Origin: Monocercomonoides exilis PA203
Taxonomy: Eukaryota > Protista > Preaxostyla
DNA length: 64,000 bases
Assembly (NCBI GenBank): GCA_001643675.2
Contig: LSRY02000029.1
Location: 806,001-870,000, forward strand
Direction of reading: 5' to 3'
In this document: positions 36,888-50,625 of the stretch, piece by piece
How the letters are laid out: every line of letters begins with the position of its first letter
How positions within the stretch are numbered: the first letter of the stretch is position 1
Notes under the pieces: generated by a model
Seen by the model: the letters and a program-made list of their open reading frames with translations, nothing else
What the model was told of the DNA's origin: nothing
Database searches by the model: none
Program-made: the position numbers and the translations under genes

Positions 36888-37890
36888 ATGGCAACTGATA
36901 TTGTCAGCGATGATTTTCATCAAGAAAAATTAGACGGTTAATGTTCAGAGTTTTTTCAATTTTCATCATTTGGATTTTTGATTAGGAGATTTGGAGTTTT
37001 TTCTTTGTGAGGCCACTTCATTTCTTGACAAAATACGACCATCAGATCCAATGCTATTTTTCTCGCAATTGTATTGATAATTGTGTTATTTTTCAAAATC
37101 AATATTGAATATTATTAGTTTTTCTTCAATTCAGGAAGGAACGAATGTTATTGGACGTAAGTTTGCTTACATATCTTCAACTTCAAGTACACGAAAATCC
37201 TTTATTAAGCACTATATAAAATGCTTTTCAACCCTTCAAAATCATGGTATATTCTCTTTTTAACCGTTATTTATGCAAATAATATTGCATCATTTTTAAA
37301 AACAAATTAAAACAGTGCTTTCGTCATATGATATTTACCAACTTACAACTCTTCTTTGCGAGGACTTTCCAGAAGAAGATATTTATTTTTATGTTGAACA
37401 GTGTTGCACTCCTTATCATTTATCAAAGATTAATGAAAGTGATTCTTTGCCTGATCATGTTGTATTTTGTGAAACTTACCTCCGAGTTCTTCCTTTCTTG
37501 TTTGAGAATGCTCAGTGGATTCGTTCAATATTTGATTATCTTTTGAAGCAAACTACGTTGTCTGATGTTGCTGATACTGATGGATATGTTTACCCAGCTT
37601 CTTCATTTCCGTTTGAGACATATCATTCTGCAATTCACTCAATCTCTCTTCTCAGCGGCATCACTTTTCCACAATTTTGCAAAAATTTGCATTCTATTCT
37701 TGACGATGAGCAGCGTAGAGAAAATGAACAAGAACGTTCTCTTGCAACTGAAATGTGTTCTGATGGAGAGAAAAAATTCACATTTGAAAGTGAAGAAATG
37801 CTTCAAACTGGAAATTTTAAAAGAAAAAGCCTTTATTTATCATTTTATAAATTTGTTATTATTTGTCGCAATAATTCTGTTGAAACTTGA
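36888..37890 (+). CDS. CSTPP1/C11orf49-like (UPF0705) protein; exons 36888-36936, 36986-37070, 37119-37246, 37316-37890
   Basis: Spliced translation FFSQFFSSIQEGTNVIGRKFAYISSTSSTRKSF...YQLTTLLCEDFP resembles C11orf49 as recalled (FF.EYF.SV.QGTH.L.REF.F..ATP.NR.SF...LLQLLCPDFP). Three short GT-AG introns keep the frame. The 3' end is less certain. Confidence 0.65.
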
Positions 37891-38119
37891 AATTTGTCTG
37901 AGGAAATTTTTTCAATGTTTGATTGTGAAACTGTTCCCTTTATATATTTATCAGAAATTTTAAACATTAAGAATTAAATTTTTAACTTTGCATTGAGGCT
38001 GCATTGCAATTTGTAAGCCTATTCACTTTCAATTTGTATCTCCTGTTGAATTATAATATATTTATTTTTGCTGCATTTTCTGAAATTTGTGAATAAAAGA
38101 TTTTTTGCTTTTGCACCGT

Positions 38120-41100
38120 ATGGCAAGCACTGAACATGAAAACAACAAAAATTGTATTGATTTTTTGTTATTAATATAAAGCGAGGAATTATTACTTTCA
38201 CATTTAATTATTTGCTGATATTTCTTTGTGATTTATGAATTTTTATTTATTGATTTAGTTGGTTCTGATGAAGTATACAGCCAGATTCTTCCGATTGCAA
38301 ATGAAACAACAGCTCTGGAGCAGTTGGAAGTTGAACATGAAATAAGTCAAAGGCTCGAGAAGGACAATCAGATGTTGAAAGAAGAAGTACGCTCTCTTCG
38401 AGGAAAGCTTTTCGAAGCAAGCTCAGCTCTGGCAGGAAAAATGAATGAAGTTTCTGACTTTAAGAATAAAGATGAGCAAGCAACATTGCATATTAAGCAA
38501 TTGACACAACAATTGTCGGAAGTGAATGAAAAACTGTTTCAGCAAAACAGTAGAGCAGATGCATTGAATAATGAAAATGTTCGACTTTCTCAACGCATTA
38601 TCAACCTTGAACTCTTAATACAAAATCAATATAAAGAAAAGGAAGAACTCTTATCGCAAATGGCGCAGCGAATGATAAATAGTGAAGGAACATACTTAAA
38701 AGCAGATCAACAGATAAAGCAATTGACAAATACAATTGAAACAAAAGACCAAGAAGCAGCAATTCTCCGAAACGAAATCAAAAGACTTAACGAAAGAATA
38801 GCCACTCAAGAGAAAGAGCGATTGAACAACTGTTTTCCTTTGAAAGAAAGAACGAGTAATGAATTGATTAGTGACAACTCTAGTGACTTGTTTTCGAGTG
38901 CATCTCTAACTCAAACAGTGAAAACTCTTAAAGAAAATATAGAAGTGATAGATGAAGCTATGAAAGAAGTTCATAAAATCATATTGGACTTGAACAGCAA
39001 CGATTATAACTCAATGATTACTTCGCACGAATTAGAAGTTCAGAAAGAAGGCGACGGGGAAAATAGAGATGAAAATGTTGTTAACAGATGTCTGTATTAT
39101 ACTACAAATATCGAACAGATTGTGGAATCAACGAAAAAACGACTTGCAGAAATGAAAAGCGTTTCTGAAGAAAATTCTGAAATAAAACTGAATTTTGAGA
39201 AATTGAAGCAGAAAAATTCTGAATATGCATCAAAAGAACAACAATTCATCGATGAACTAAATCTGACAGCGCAAAAAAACACCATTTATGAAAAAGAATT
39301 AAAAGAAAAGGAAAGACTTTGCGCTCAACTTATTCTGAATAATGAAGAATTAGAAGCTAAATTGAATGAACAGAAATTTACCGAAAGCGTAAAAGAAGAT
39401 GAAAAAATTCCTGAGAAATTTTTAAATGAACAAAACGTTGATGTTGACTTTGAAAGAGTTGATGTTCAAATGCAGACAGAATCCACAGCAGAATTACCAT
39501 ATGATGATATTAAAATGCGCAATGAAGATTTAATGAAAAATGAAGATTTGAGCTCACAAGTGATGAATTTGACACTTGAACTCACATCTGTTAGAGAACT
39601 TGCTGAAATGTGCACATCAGCTCTTGTTGAAGCAGAGGCTACAGTAACTGAAGTTACAGAAGCAAGGGAGAAACTGCTTTCAGAAAACAGCGTGCTTGAG
39701 CGGAAATTAGAAAGAATGGAAAAAGAAATGCTTGGGCAAAGCAAAAGAAAGGCAAGTAAAGACGATGATTCATCAACTGAAATTCTCCAAAAGAATCTTG
39801 AAATGAATGAGAGACAGCTGCAAGAATGGAAAGATGAAGCGCTTGAAATGAGAGAAACGGTAATTAGCAAAGAGAAAGAAAGAAGAAAAATGGAAGAAGA
39901 ACTCATAGCAACATCGACCTCTCTTCAAGAAACACAAAAAGTTGTTTCGGGACTGAAAGAACGTATTTTCATTAGCGAAGAAGCATCTGAACAGCTGTTC
40001 AATATTCTTTCACATTCAATCGAGCACTTTTTAAGTTTTGGAGAAGAAAATGATCTCAATTGGACAGATTCATTAAAAGAGATAAAAGAATTGTATTTTG
40101 GCAGCCGATCACTACTTCGAAAGACAAAGACGGTTGAAAAACAGAATGAATTTGAAGAGGTTTCTGATCAACTTCACCGATTATCAGAATTTGAAAAACA
40201 GTCAACAATTTTCCCCGAAACTTCAGGCATTGCTATTTCTTCTGAGCAGTTAAAAGATAATTATCTCAGCAACGTTGCGAGATTAATCTCAAATCTCCTT
40301 CCAAAGATAGAATCGACTATTTCTCAAATACTTCAAAGCCATCAGCAAGAAAGAGAAAAGTGGAATTCTGATATTGAAGAGATTAATGCTAAAAATAGGG
40401 CAAATAATGAGAAGAATGCAGAAATAATAGAAAATGAAAAGCGAATGTTGATTGCCCGCTTGAAAGAATTGGAGGAAGTTTCAGCACAAATTCATAGACA
40501 GAACAAAGAACTTGAAGAGGAGCTGGAAAAGAGCAAAACGCAGCAGGACAAAGCATTGGCAGAATTGCACATGATTCAAATGAAGGAAGCTCAGCTGAAT
40601 AAACAATTGAGTCAGAGAACGACAGAATGCAACGAACTTCGAGAATTATCTCTTCGAACAGAACAAGAACTGAAGCAGAAGGACTCTTCGCTCGAAGTGA
40701 TGAAAACGATGAATGAAAGCCTTCAGAAGGAAAGAGACAGAATTGTAGAAGAAAGAAAGATTGAAAAAGAGAACAACAAGAAATCCAATGAAGAAAAGCG
40801 CCGAATAAGCGAGATAACGGAGCAAGTGAAAAAGGAGTGCTACCAAGCTGGATTCGACGATGGGATGAAAGAAGCAGCTCAGACGAGTGCAGCAGCCGTA
40901 GAAATGCTATTAAAAGAAGAGGCATCGAAGAAAGAGGTTGAGTTGAACGAAAGGATGGAACAGCTGAAGGCACAAATGGAACAAGAAATTCAGAAGAAAG
41001 AGGAATTAATGAAGGAAATGAAAGAAAACAAAACTAATGAAGAGCTGAATAATAATGCAATGATTGAAAACAAGAAACTTCAGGAAACAATTTCAGAACT

Positions 41101-44100
41101 TCAGCTTGAAATGAAAGGATTAATGGAAGAAAAATCCAATTTGACAAGGCAATTAGAAGATTTATCTATGGAACTTGAAAAAAACATTCAACAACAAACA
41201 AAAGAAAAAGAAAAAGTTGAAAATCTTTTCGAAAACCAGCTGAAACAAATGAAAGATGAAATTGATCGAGAGAAAGCAAAAAATGACAAAAGAGCACAAG
41301 AAATCGAGGAAGCAGCACAATTATTGCTTAAAGGGGTTGAAGAAGAAGAAAAGAAGCAACGAGAAAACGAGAATATCATCAAAGATGAGAAAGAAAAATT
41401 GCAACAAGAAAAAGAAAGATTGGGGAAAACGATCAGTGAAATGCAATTGTCGCTTGAAAAAACAGAAAACGAAAATAAGTATTTGAAAAAATTAATACAA
41501 AGGCTGCAAAATAGAAAGGAAAAAGTCAGAGCTGAGAACAGCATTGAAGAAGATGAAAACCAATTAGTTGCTGAGACAAATAAAGAAGATCTGTGTTCAG
41601 CGGATAAAATATTTGAAGCTAATGAAATCACAGATTCAGATGCATCCTCTCAACCATTTTCAGAAAGCGAGCAGTCACAAAAGCAAGATGATAATTGGCA
41701 AACAATACAACTATCATCATCATTGAGCAAATTAAATGAAAATAGTTTGGATTCAAATAAAGAAACGCATTTATCTTTGATGCAAACAGTAGAATCACTG
41801 CAAAAAGAAAGTTTATTACTTAAAGAACAGATCGAAAAGCTCAAAAAAGAAAAGGTAAATCAACAAGAAGTGATTGAACAGATGAAAGCAACTATCAACG
41901 AAAGCGAACGCAAGGAATTTGAGTCGATTGAAAAAGCAGCGCAGGCAGCTGCTGAAGCAGATGAGATCAAAAGGAGATTTGAAGAAATGCAACTCGAAAA
42001 TGTTGCAAAAAATGAAAATAAAACATTAATGGAACAAAAAAGCATTGAAAACGAGCAATTTATTTCTGCTTTGAATTTTGAGCTCGAACAAAAGTCAGCG
42101 AAAATTGATCAACTGACGGATGAGCTTAAAAGCAAAGAGCAGCAAATCAAAATGCTTAAAGACGAAGTTCGAAAAAGAGAAAAAGATCTTAAAGAGGCCA
42201 AACATGATCTGAATGAAGCTGAAAATGAAGTTGTTCGGCAAGTTCAAAAGTTTATGGAGGAGCAAAACGAATCTTTCACAAAACTGAGAGAAAAGCAAGA
42301 GGCCGATGACTTGAAAATTTGTGTGATGGAAGAAGAACTTCTGAAAAGAGAAGAGGAGTGGTTGAAAAAGGTGAAAGAACTTGAAATTGACAAAAAGAAA
42401 GAAGTTGAGCTATTGTGCAAAGTTGCTGGCATAAACAGCGAGGAATGGGAAAAAGAATATGCAAAAGAGTTAGATGATTCCGATATTAAAGATGCAAAAT
42501 TTGAAGTTTCAAGTGAAAGTATATCTGAATTTGGAGAAGAAGAAATCTCACATCAATCAACTAAAAAAACAAACAAAATACGTTCTATTATTAGAAACGG
42601 AAAAATGGAACAACTTAAACAGAACCAAAATAGCGAATTTGAGCAAACAGCAAACTTATTGGACACAGAAAGCTCATCTCAATTTCTCTCTTCTTTTTCT
42701 TCTCCTTCTGCATTATCTCTTGCTTCAACTTTTCCAACACCACTTCATTCAACGCTTTCCGCTTCATTAGCAAGTTCTAATTCACATCAATTAACTCCTT
42801 CATCATATCACCAGATAGAATTCTCCAATTCTTTGCTTTCCACTCCACCTGCACTTATTCACTCCCTTTCTTCGTTTTCATCGCGTTCACCTTCACCATC
42901 TCACCTTCAAACACAACTTGCAGCCGTTTCAGCAAATAGAAATCAGCTTGCTTCGGCACTATCCCAAGCCGAGGAACGTCTTCGAGATACAGAAAAAGAA
43001 AAAAATGAAATGAAAAAAGAATTAAAGCAACTTAAACAAAAACAAAATGACGATTCAAGCAGAGATAACAGCGCAAAACAAAAAATATCAGATACCTCTC
43101 GAATGGTTTCAAAGTTGAAGCCTCCGACACACTTCAGCAAAAAGATATTTGGAGAGGCAAATATGAAACAACCAAAAAAAGAAACTGATTCATATCAATC
43201 TCAAAAAGAAAGTATTTCAACAAAAGCAGTTCAAAATCATATTGAAGCTCCTGTAAATATTCATCATCAAGAAACATCTTCTCAAATTGGATCTTCTTAT
43301 TTGAATGCAGAAAAGTATGCAAAATGCGACAATGCTTCACAGCTCCAACCACTTCATCACTCCAAAGAATCTTCACGTTTATTATCTGCAACTTCTGAAA
43401 AAAGTGAATTGAAACGTCTACCAGAAGGCGTTATCAAATCCGCTGCAAAAGGGACAAGCAACAAATCTAAAAGGCAACAAGAAAAAAGTTCATCTAATCA
43501 TCCAACCGCATCGAATGAATCGCAAGAAACTGATACCAAAGAGAAAAGATTTTCATCAATTCCAAAACAAAAATCCACAGAAAATAATTTGAATTCTTCA
43601 AAAAAATGTTCTGAACCACTTGTAATGCATAAGAAAGAAGATGAGTCTGCAGTTGCATCAACATCAAATTTAACAAATTTGCTTTCAAGCAAGCAATTAT
43701 CAAGTGATTTGCATTCTTCAAAGCCGATTCAACAAAAATCACAATATTCACAACAGTCTCTAACAAGCAAAATACATCATTCTTCAACTTCTTCTGTTGC
43801 AAAGAAGCCAATTGTCAATGAAGATAAACCAATACCATCAAAAAACCAATCATATTCAAATAGACAACAAGACAAAAGTTCCTGCCAACCTCATCTCACT
43901 CAACCTAGTCCATCAACAGACTGTTTAGTTCAAATCTCTTCAGCCCACTCATCAAATGAATCAAAATATTCATTGCAAACTGCAATTTCATCGTCATCAT
44001 CAAAGAATACGTTGTCATCAACTCCATCTCCTCAACGTGCTTCTTCTTTGAGTGAAACGACTTCTGGACAAATTGAATCAAAAATTCTACCAACTCCTAT

Positions 44101-44179
44101 AAAGCGTTTGCATCCTGCATTCCAAAAGCAAATATTAACAAAACAACAAAAGAAAACTTATTCAAAAATTTCAAATTAA
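38120..44179 (+). CDS. Large coiled-coil protein (~1980 aa) with Ser-rich disordered C-terminus; exon 1 38120-38153, intron 38154-38258
   Basis: 5.9 kb open frame rich in E/K/Q/L heptads. An upstream mini-exon (MASTEHENNKN) splices in phase through a GT-AG intron. Confidence 0.85.
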
Positions 44180-44533
44180 ATTCATTTTTAATTTCAATTT
44201 TTATGTTTAAAAAAATATTTTAATGGAATAAATTTTGAAATTGAACAACATCATATAAAGAACATAAAATAACAAATTTTATTCAAACATCATAAAAAAT
44301 ATTGAACTTATCTAGAAAATTGAAAGAAAAAAAGATAAAAAGAGAGAATAAATGCGAAGAATGAGAGGAAAGAACAAGTGAAGAGAAAAGAAGAGAAGAG
44401 AAGGTGTGAATAGAAAAGAGAAGAGGTTCTTTGAATGAGAAATAGAAAAAAAAAAAGTCAAAAAATAAAGAAGGAGAGAGAAAATAATGAAAAAGATGGA
44501 AATAATGGAAAAGATGAAAAAGAAAAAAAGAAA

Positions 44534-44650
44534 AGCTACAGCACTGGGTTTTTCCAGGCGGTCACCCATCCAAGTACTAACCCAGCGTTGGCCGCTTAAC
44601 TTCGGAGGTCTGAAGGGATCCGGTGCGTATGACCAACTATGGCCGTAGCT
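44534..44650 (-). rRNA. Solitary inverted 5S rRNA gene with ~170 bp downstream and ~375 bp upstream diverged spacer homology (~44365-45025)
   Basis: Reverse complement is identical to array copy 2. The TATA box and T-run terminator are retained. Confidence 0.96.
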
Positions 44651-45616
44651 CACACACACTTCCTCAAACTTCCCTTTTATAATCTTCCCCCAACTATCCT
44701 TCTTTTTCTTTTCTTTCTTTCTTTCTCTTTCTCTCTCTTTTTCAATTTCTTTTCTCATCATCAAAATATCTTTCCCAATCATCTTCATCTTCATCTTTTT
44801 GTCTTTCTCTTTCTCTTTCTCTTTCTCTTCAACTTTAACTTTCTTCTTCTTTCTTTCACCCTTTCTTTTTCATTCCCTTTTTTTATTAACCACTACGCTC
44901 TTTCTCCTTTCTTTTCTTTTCTTCCTTCCCTTATTCCCCTATTCTCTCCCCCTCTCTCACTTTCAAATTTCATTCATTCACTCGCTCACTCAAGTATTCA
45001 TTTTATCAATTCAATCAATAATTCACCATTTTAAAATTTATTTCATTGCAAACACACTTTCTCACTTACTTATTCACATTTATTTTTCAGATTTCTTTTA
45101 TCACATATTTCAGCATTAATGAAATAATTTTGAAATTGAAAAATTATTCCTATTGAATATTTGTTGTATTTTTAATTTAGACGAACACATTAACTTTTCT
45201 AGTTTTATTTTTTTTAAAATGAGATAAAAAGCGTATTTCGAATGTTTTTAGAAAAATAATTCGTTGTTAATAATGAAACACTTCGCACAAGAAATGAAAG
45301 ATCAAATAACTTTTTTGGAGTTGTGTTTTATGTTCAATAAAGAAATGTGTTGAAAATGTTTGGTGATATCGGCTTGATGGAATTTTTTGGAAACATTTTT
45401 CAATTAATGTGATAATTCAGAAATAATCATGTGGAAATATTGATGGAAGAGGTGAAAATAAAAGGAAAAAACTCATTTGGATTTGTTTATCTTTCCGCAT
45501 ATGTCTGTTCCTTTTCAAAAATTTATTTTTTATCTGTTTGTTGTTTGAAGAAACGTTTTGCTCATCTTTAAACAACGACGACTGTATTTAGAATCTTTTT
45601 TCAGTCACAGTTCATA

Positions 45617-48600
45617 ATGGAAGAGTCAGCATGCAATTAAAAGGAAAAAAAATGTTTTTGACGCACCCACAATTATCTCATGGCGCATGATTTTCAGCAA
45701 ATGTCTGCTGAAGAGCCATCTTAAAGTGTTTTTATCAACACCATCAAACGCCTCGTTGCTGCTGACAACGCTGGCATGCTTGATAGAAGGGAGGAATTGC
45801 CTGCTGACAAAGCAGGAAGGCGATGAAAGACAGTTTCTTCTTTTGGTGTTTGATCTGGACATTGTTTCGATTGACATGGAGAAGGCAAGTGCGGCTGGAT
45901 TTTATTCAGCAGTCATGGAAGAGTCGCGGATGATAGGTTTTTGCATTTTGTTTTGTGGCAGTTTTTCTCAAAAATGAGAAATTGTTGTTTATATTGTTTC
46001 AGAATTGTGTGTATTTTGGAAATTTGAATTTAATTGACAGTTCTAATTTATAAAACTGTATTTGCATTTGCGTGGGTGAAACAGGGACGGAGAGCCAGTG
46101 CGCCTTCTGCCGAATGTTGTGATATTCAACAACCTCGACCTGGCACCCCCTGATGCACAGAATGCAGTTGCAGAGGTGTCTTCGCTTAATTTGATGCGCC
46201 TTAACTATTTTTATGAATGTTTTGGGAAATCGTCTTTTTCAACATTGATTCATTTGATAGTTTCTTTCCACTCCAAATCTCTCATTGTCTGATGGATGGA
46301 TGCTTGTTCGTCCAACCGTCTTCGTGGGCATTGGGATTGTTTCCGCTCCAATGCTTCTACAGAGGCCAAAGACGCGTGCTCCGTACCGTGACCAGTTTCC
46401 ATCGTTTGTCCCTCCTTCGTTTATCTCTGTTCCGTGGAGATACTGCGCTCCTGGGCTTCTTCAACAGTTTCTGGTTTCATCATCTGATCTGCAGCCAGAG
46501 TTGCACTATTACAATCCGTATATGTGTGTGATGAGTGGTTTATTTGCCAAAGTCAAATTTTTCTGATTTGCTTTGATTTGAATGGTTGCTTTTTGCAGAA
46601 CAGAGCAAAAGCCTGAACAGGAAGTGTTGAAGGGAGGGGCATCTTGCATGGAAGAAAAACCGCTTGATCGCTTTTCAGAGGAAGATCTGATTGCAATGCG
46701 AGTGTCTTTGAACCGGTCTTTTGTGCACAACTCGCTCTCACTTTATTGTATGCTTCTTTGTTTTGTTTTATTTTTTATTTCTTTGTCTGTTTCTTGCACC
46801 GATTGATTTTTGATTTCCTCATTTCAACACTTTTGTGTAAACGCTGTTGCTGTTGCAACAAGTGAACGATTTGCTGGCTCAGATTGAGTGCCATCCTTTG
46901 GTTGCATCGTTTCCGGCTTCTCCCGATCTTCTCACTTCGATCATCTCGTTTGTCTCGACAGTCCATTCGCTCACTCACCTCGACTCGCAGAAGATTCCTT
47001 CGCTTTTGATGTATCCATCCTACTCTTCTGCACTTTCCTCGTTTTCCTCTCTGCACATCACCCCTTCGCCTGCTGGAACTCCATCTTCTTTGGGCTGCTT
47101 CTCAGTGCAGAACCCCTCTTTTTCAGGGTCTCCTCTTCCGCCATCATGCCCATCACCGATTTCTCCGTTTTCTCCCCTTTCCTCCACTCACGTTGCATTC
47201 ATCGGTCACATCCGCAGCGCAACTCAGTCATCTGCTCTGTCTTCCCTCGCTGCTGACTTCGCACGTCGATCTTCGCAGAACGACCAGCACAAAACAAGCA
47301 TGTCACTCGATGTGTCTGCTTCTGCTGCTGGTTCTTCCTCTTCCTCTTCATCTTCCTCTCCTTTTGCTTTGTCATCAGCACAATCACAGATGCCAACGCC
47401 TCGCATCATTTCGCTGGCAGACTCACATCGCCCGTCGTTTTCGATGGCTCAGACATCCACCCGCATTTCAGACTTGTCTCCGTCGATGCCTTTTTCTTCA
47501 TCTTTTTCCCATTCCTCTTCCTCTTCCATTTCTTCTTCTGTTTCTGTGCCATCTGGATTCTGTGCATCTTCCTCTGCAACCATGCGACCATCTCCGCTTT
47601 CGAACTCATCTACTTCTTCTTCATGTTCTGAACTGCCCGCTGTCCGCAGCATGCACTCTGCACAGTCGTCGATGCGCTCGCCTCTCCTTCCTCAGACACA
47701 GCACACATTATCCTCTGCAGCTGAATTGTCGTCTGCATCTCTTAGCCTTCCGCCGACCTCTTCGCGTGTGCGTGTGCCTGATGCCTCGTCTTCGCTGGAT
47801 GCAGTTAAAATGCGCAGAAGAACTTCATTTGCGCCTTTTCAGCTTCGAGGTGCTGGAAATCCGTCAATCTGTTCTGTTTCTGCCTCTTCCTCTGCTTCTG
47901 CTTCTGCTTCTGCTTCTGCTTCTGGGCATGTTATGATGGAATCGGACGAGTGTGAGAGCAGAGAAAGTTCAGCTGGTGAGTGTGTGCTGTTTGTGTCGGC
48001 AGCAGACATCCAGCGCTGCTTGGTGGATCTTCTGGCACATCGCATGACTGTTCGGCCAGCACCAGCTGCACAGGCAGTGTCTATGATGTGGATGCTCCTG
48101 AGACAGGCAAGAGACGCCGATCCGCTGGGGGGAGAGGAGATGGAGGAATTTGAGAGAGGAGAGGAGAGAGAGCAGAAGAGCAGCAGCGTCTTCCCGTTCA
48201 GCCCTTTTGATTCAAGTTTTGCAGAAGAGAAAGGGGAAAGGAGTTTGTTCGGGAGTGGGTGCGATAATGAAGAGCGGTGGGAGGTTAAGCACAGTTCAGG
48301 AGATGAAGCAGAAAAAGGAGAAAGCGGGAAAATGTTCAATGAGGTTGGATCGAAGACGAGCTTCTTCCAAAATTCAAGCAAAGTGTCTGAGAATGCTTCA
48401 GATGAAAATGGAGATGACGAAGGGCTGGATGAAGGCACTCCTGTGCAGCTGTCAGACTCGTTGCATGCAACTTCATTGCGACAGCTGCCATCATTCACAA
48501 AATTGACAGAATCTCATCCGTCCTCTTCTCCTGCTTCTCCCTCGAATGATTCAGGAAAGGAATCAGAAGCGAAAGCTGTTGGTGTTGAGTCTGCCAAAAG

Positions 48601-49531
48601 TGAGGTTGAATGTTTGGGGAAGGGACGAAAAGAGTGCGAACAGCCAAATGGGAAGGAATGCTGTGAGTCAGATCCAAAACATCAACAGTCTGAATTGTCA
48701 GCTGAACAGCAGAAGAAGAAATCGAACTTTGGTGATGTTTTTCGTTCATCGTTCGTTTCATCGCCTGAATCGCTTTCATTGTCAGACAGCGATTGCAGTT
48801 TGGTGCAGAGCCCATTGGAGCAAGAAAACAATGAGGTTTCGATTCAAATATCTTCCACTTCAGCTAAAAACACTTCATGCACTTCAGAAAGCATTCCAAC
48901 TGCTCCTCCGCCTCCTCCCCCGCCTCCACCACTACCACCACCACCACCTCCTCCTCCTCCTCCTCCTCCTCATAATTCTGCTTCAAACACGCAATCAAAA
49001 GTATCAGCAGCTGCTGTCTCTCCATCGGCTTTCTTCCCATCATCTGGACAGCTCGAGGGCTCGTCTTCATTGCCCTCTTCTGAGGCAATGTTTGCTTTAG
49101 GGGCTGGTTCGCCGTTTCCGTCTCCTCTCTCAGAATCAGCCTCAGATGCGATGGAGTCCTCTCCAAAAGACGCTTATCGGCGCAGCACATCTTCCCCGCT
49201 GCCTTCTCTTTTGGGGTTGTATTACTCGGGCTCTTCTGCATTTCGGTTGGCTTTCCGCCAGCTTGCGTCAGTTGCATTTGGCATCCCGCTGAGCACAGCA
49301 AGCACAGCCTCATCCACATTCCTTCTGAAGAAGCTGTTGAAAGTCTCGCATGCACTGGGCATCTCGTCCGATGAGCGGGAGCTAAATGCACCTGAGCCAA
49401 GTGTTTCACCCTTTGGCAAGCTGAGAAGAGCGCCTGCTGAAAGAGAAGTGATGTTCAACACGGTTCTGGATTTCATTCATTCGATCATATCTGAGGCTGT
49501 TGAGGCTTCACCGCTTCCTCTCAGCTGTTGA
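45617..49531 (+). CDS. Multi-exon gene: degenerate MoxR/ChlI-like AAA+ module with long Ser-rich insertions and a poly-Pro tract
   Basis: Exon-like frames at ~45698-45936, ~46086-46175, ~46290-46525, ~46599-46747 and ~46863-49531, separated by AT-rich GT-AG introns. Motifs LACLIEGRNCLL, LPNVVIFNNLDLAPPDAQNA, FVHNSLSLY..DLLAQIECHPLV..FPASP and FVSAADIQRCLVDLLAHRM follow MoxR order. Start codon and some junctions are tentative. Confidence 0.6.
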
Positions 49532-50289
49532 TTTGCTGTCATGCACTTAAATATAAACTGGGATTCTTTTTTTGTTTTCCTTTTCCTTTTCTTCTTCTTC
49601 TCAGCTTTTTATAAAGATGTGCACAAAAAATGAAAACCATAAACGACAATTGCATTTATTTTTGGAGAATTTTGTGTTTTTTGGACTGATTTGCTTTCAA
49701 AAGGAACAATGAGCAAAGCTTTTGTATTGAATGTTCTTTTTTTAATGAAAAGTATATGTTTTCTAATTTTGTGGAATTATATATGAATCTTTGTTTCCTT
49801 TGTTGATGAAATTTGGGTTGAAACTTTTTTGGAAAAAAGGTCAATCTTTTGTGTATTTTTTGCAGAATATATTTTTCAATCGATTTATGAAAAATTAAAG
49901 CAAAAGTTAGTACTTTACAAAAATAAAAGGAATAGAGAATTAAAAATTGACTTCTCATTTCCTTCATCGAAGAAGAAAATTATCATTTTGCGATTCTAAT
50001 GAAGTGCATCATCGAAATTCAATATATTCTTTTAATGCAGTTCTTAAAAATATGTGCGATTATCATCTCTCTCAATCGCATTCATTCATGCTCCAGTTAT
50101 CCTTGTTTCTCTTCATTATTGCATCTGTTCTTTTGCTTTCGAATTCTAATTGTGTTGTATCATGTGTTGTTTATGTCATTCAGCTTTAAAGATGAAATAG
50201 GATGTTTTTGGGTTCTATTCTTTCTTCTTCGATCGCACATTCGCATCAGATATCACTATACACTGAATTGAACACTTTATTTGTTCCTC

Positions 50290-50625
50290 TCTCCAATCTC
50301 AATAGATGGTAATTCCAATTCTTTGATCTTCTATCGGGTCATCTCAAAAGAGTTCTGTCCAAAGAGAATATCAAGCGTCAGACACTCCCACAACATCATT
50401 TCTAACATAAATGCAACCCTCTTCTTCGTCGCATGCTTCTTCCCTCCATTCGACAGCCCCTGTGTTATTTTCCTCAGGCTTTCCTTCCTGTTGTCATCCT
50501 CATCCTCAAACGCTGATGAGGACAGAGAGTCATCCTCCTCCTTTTCATCATCACTTGCTGATGTCACAACTGTTGATGAAGAGATGGATGAGGAATCAGA
50601 ATCCTCAGATGAAAGAGCTAAATGA
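50290..50625 (-). pseudogene. Isolated fragment of the same pseudokinase family as 21210-22000
   Basis: SSISSSTVVTSASDD...DSLSSSAFEDEDDNRKE...ATKKRVAFMLEMMLWECLT aligns with SSISSSTVVTSTSDD...DSLPSSAFEDEDDNMKE...ATKESVAFSIGMML*ECMT. There is no upstream gene body. Confidence 0.8.

Noticed and set aside
48903-48970. Formin (FH1-FH2) call from the poly-Pro tract
   Set aside because: No FH2 domain follows; only ~185 aa of mostly Ser-rich sequence remain.
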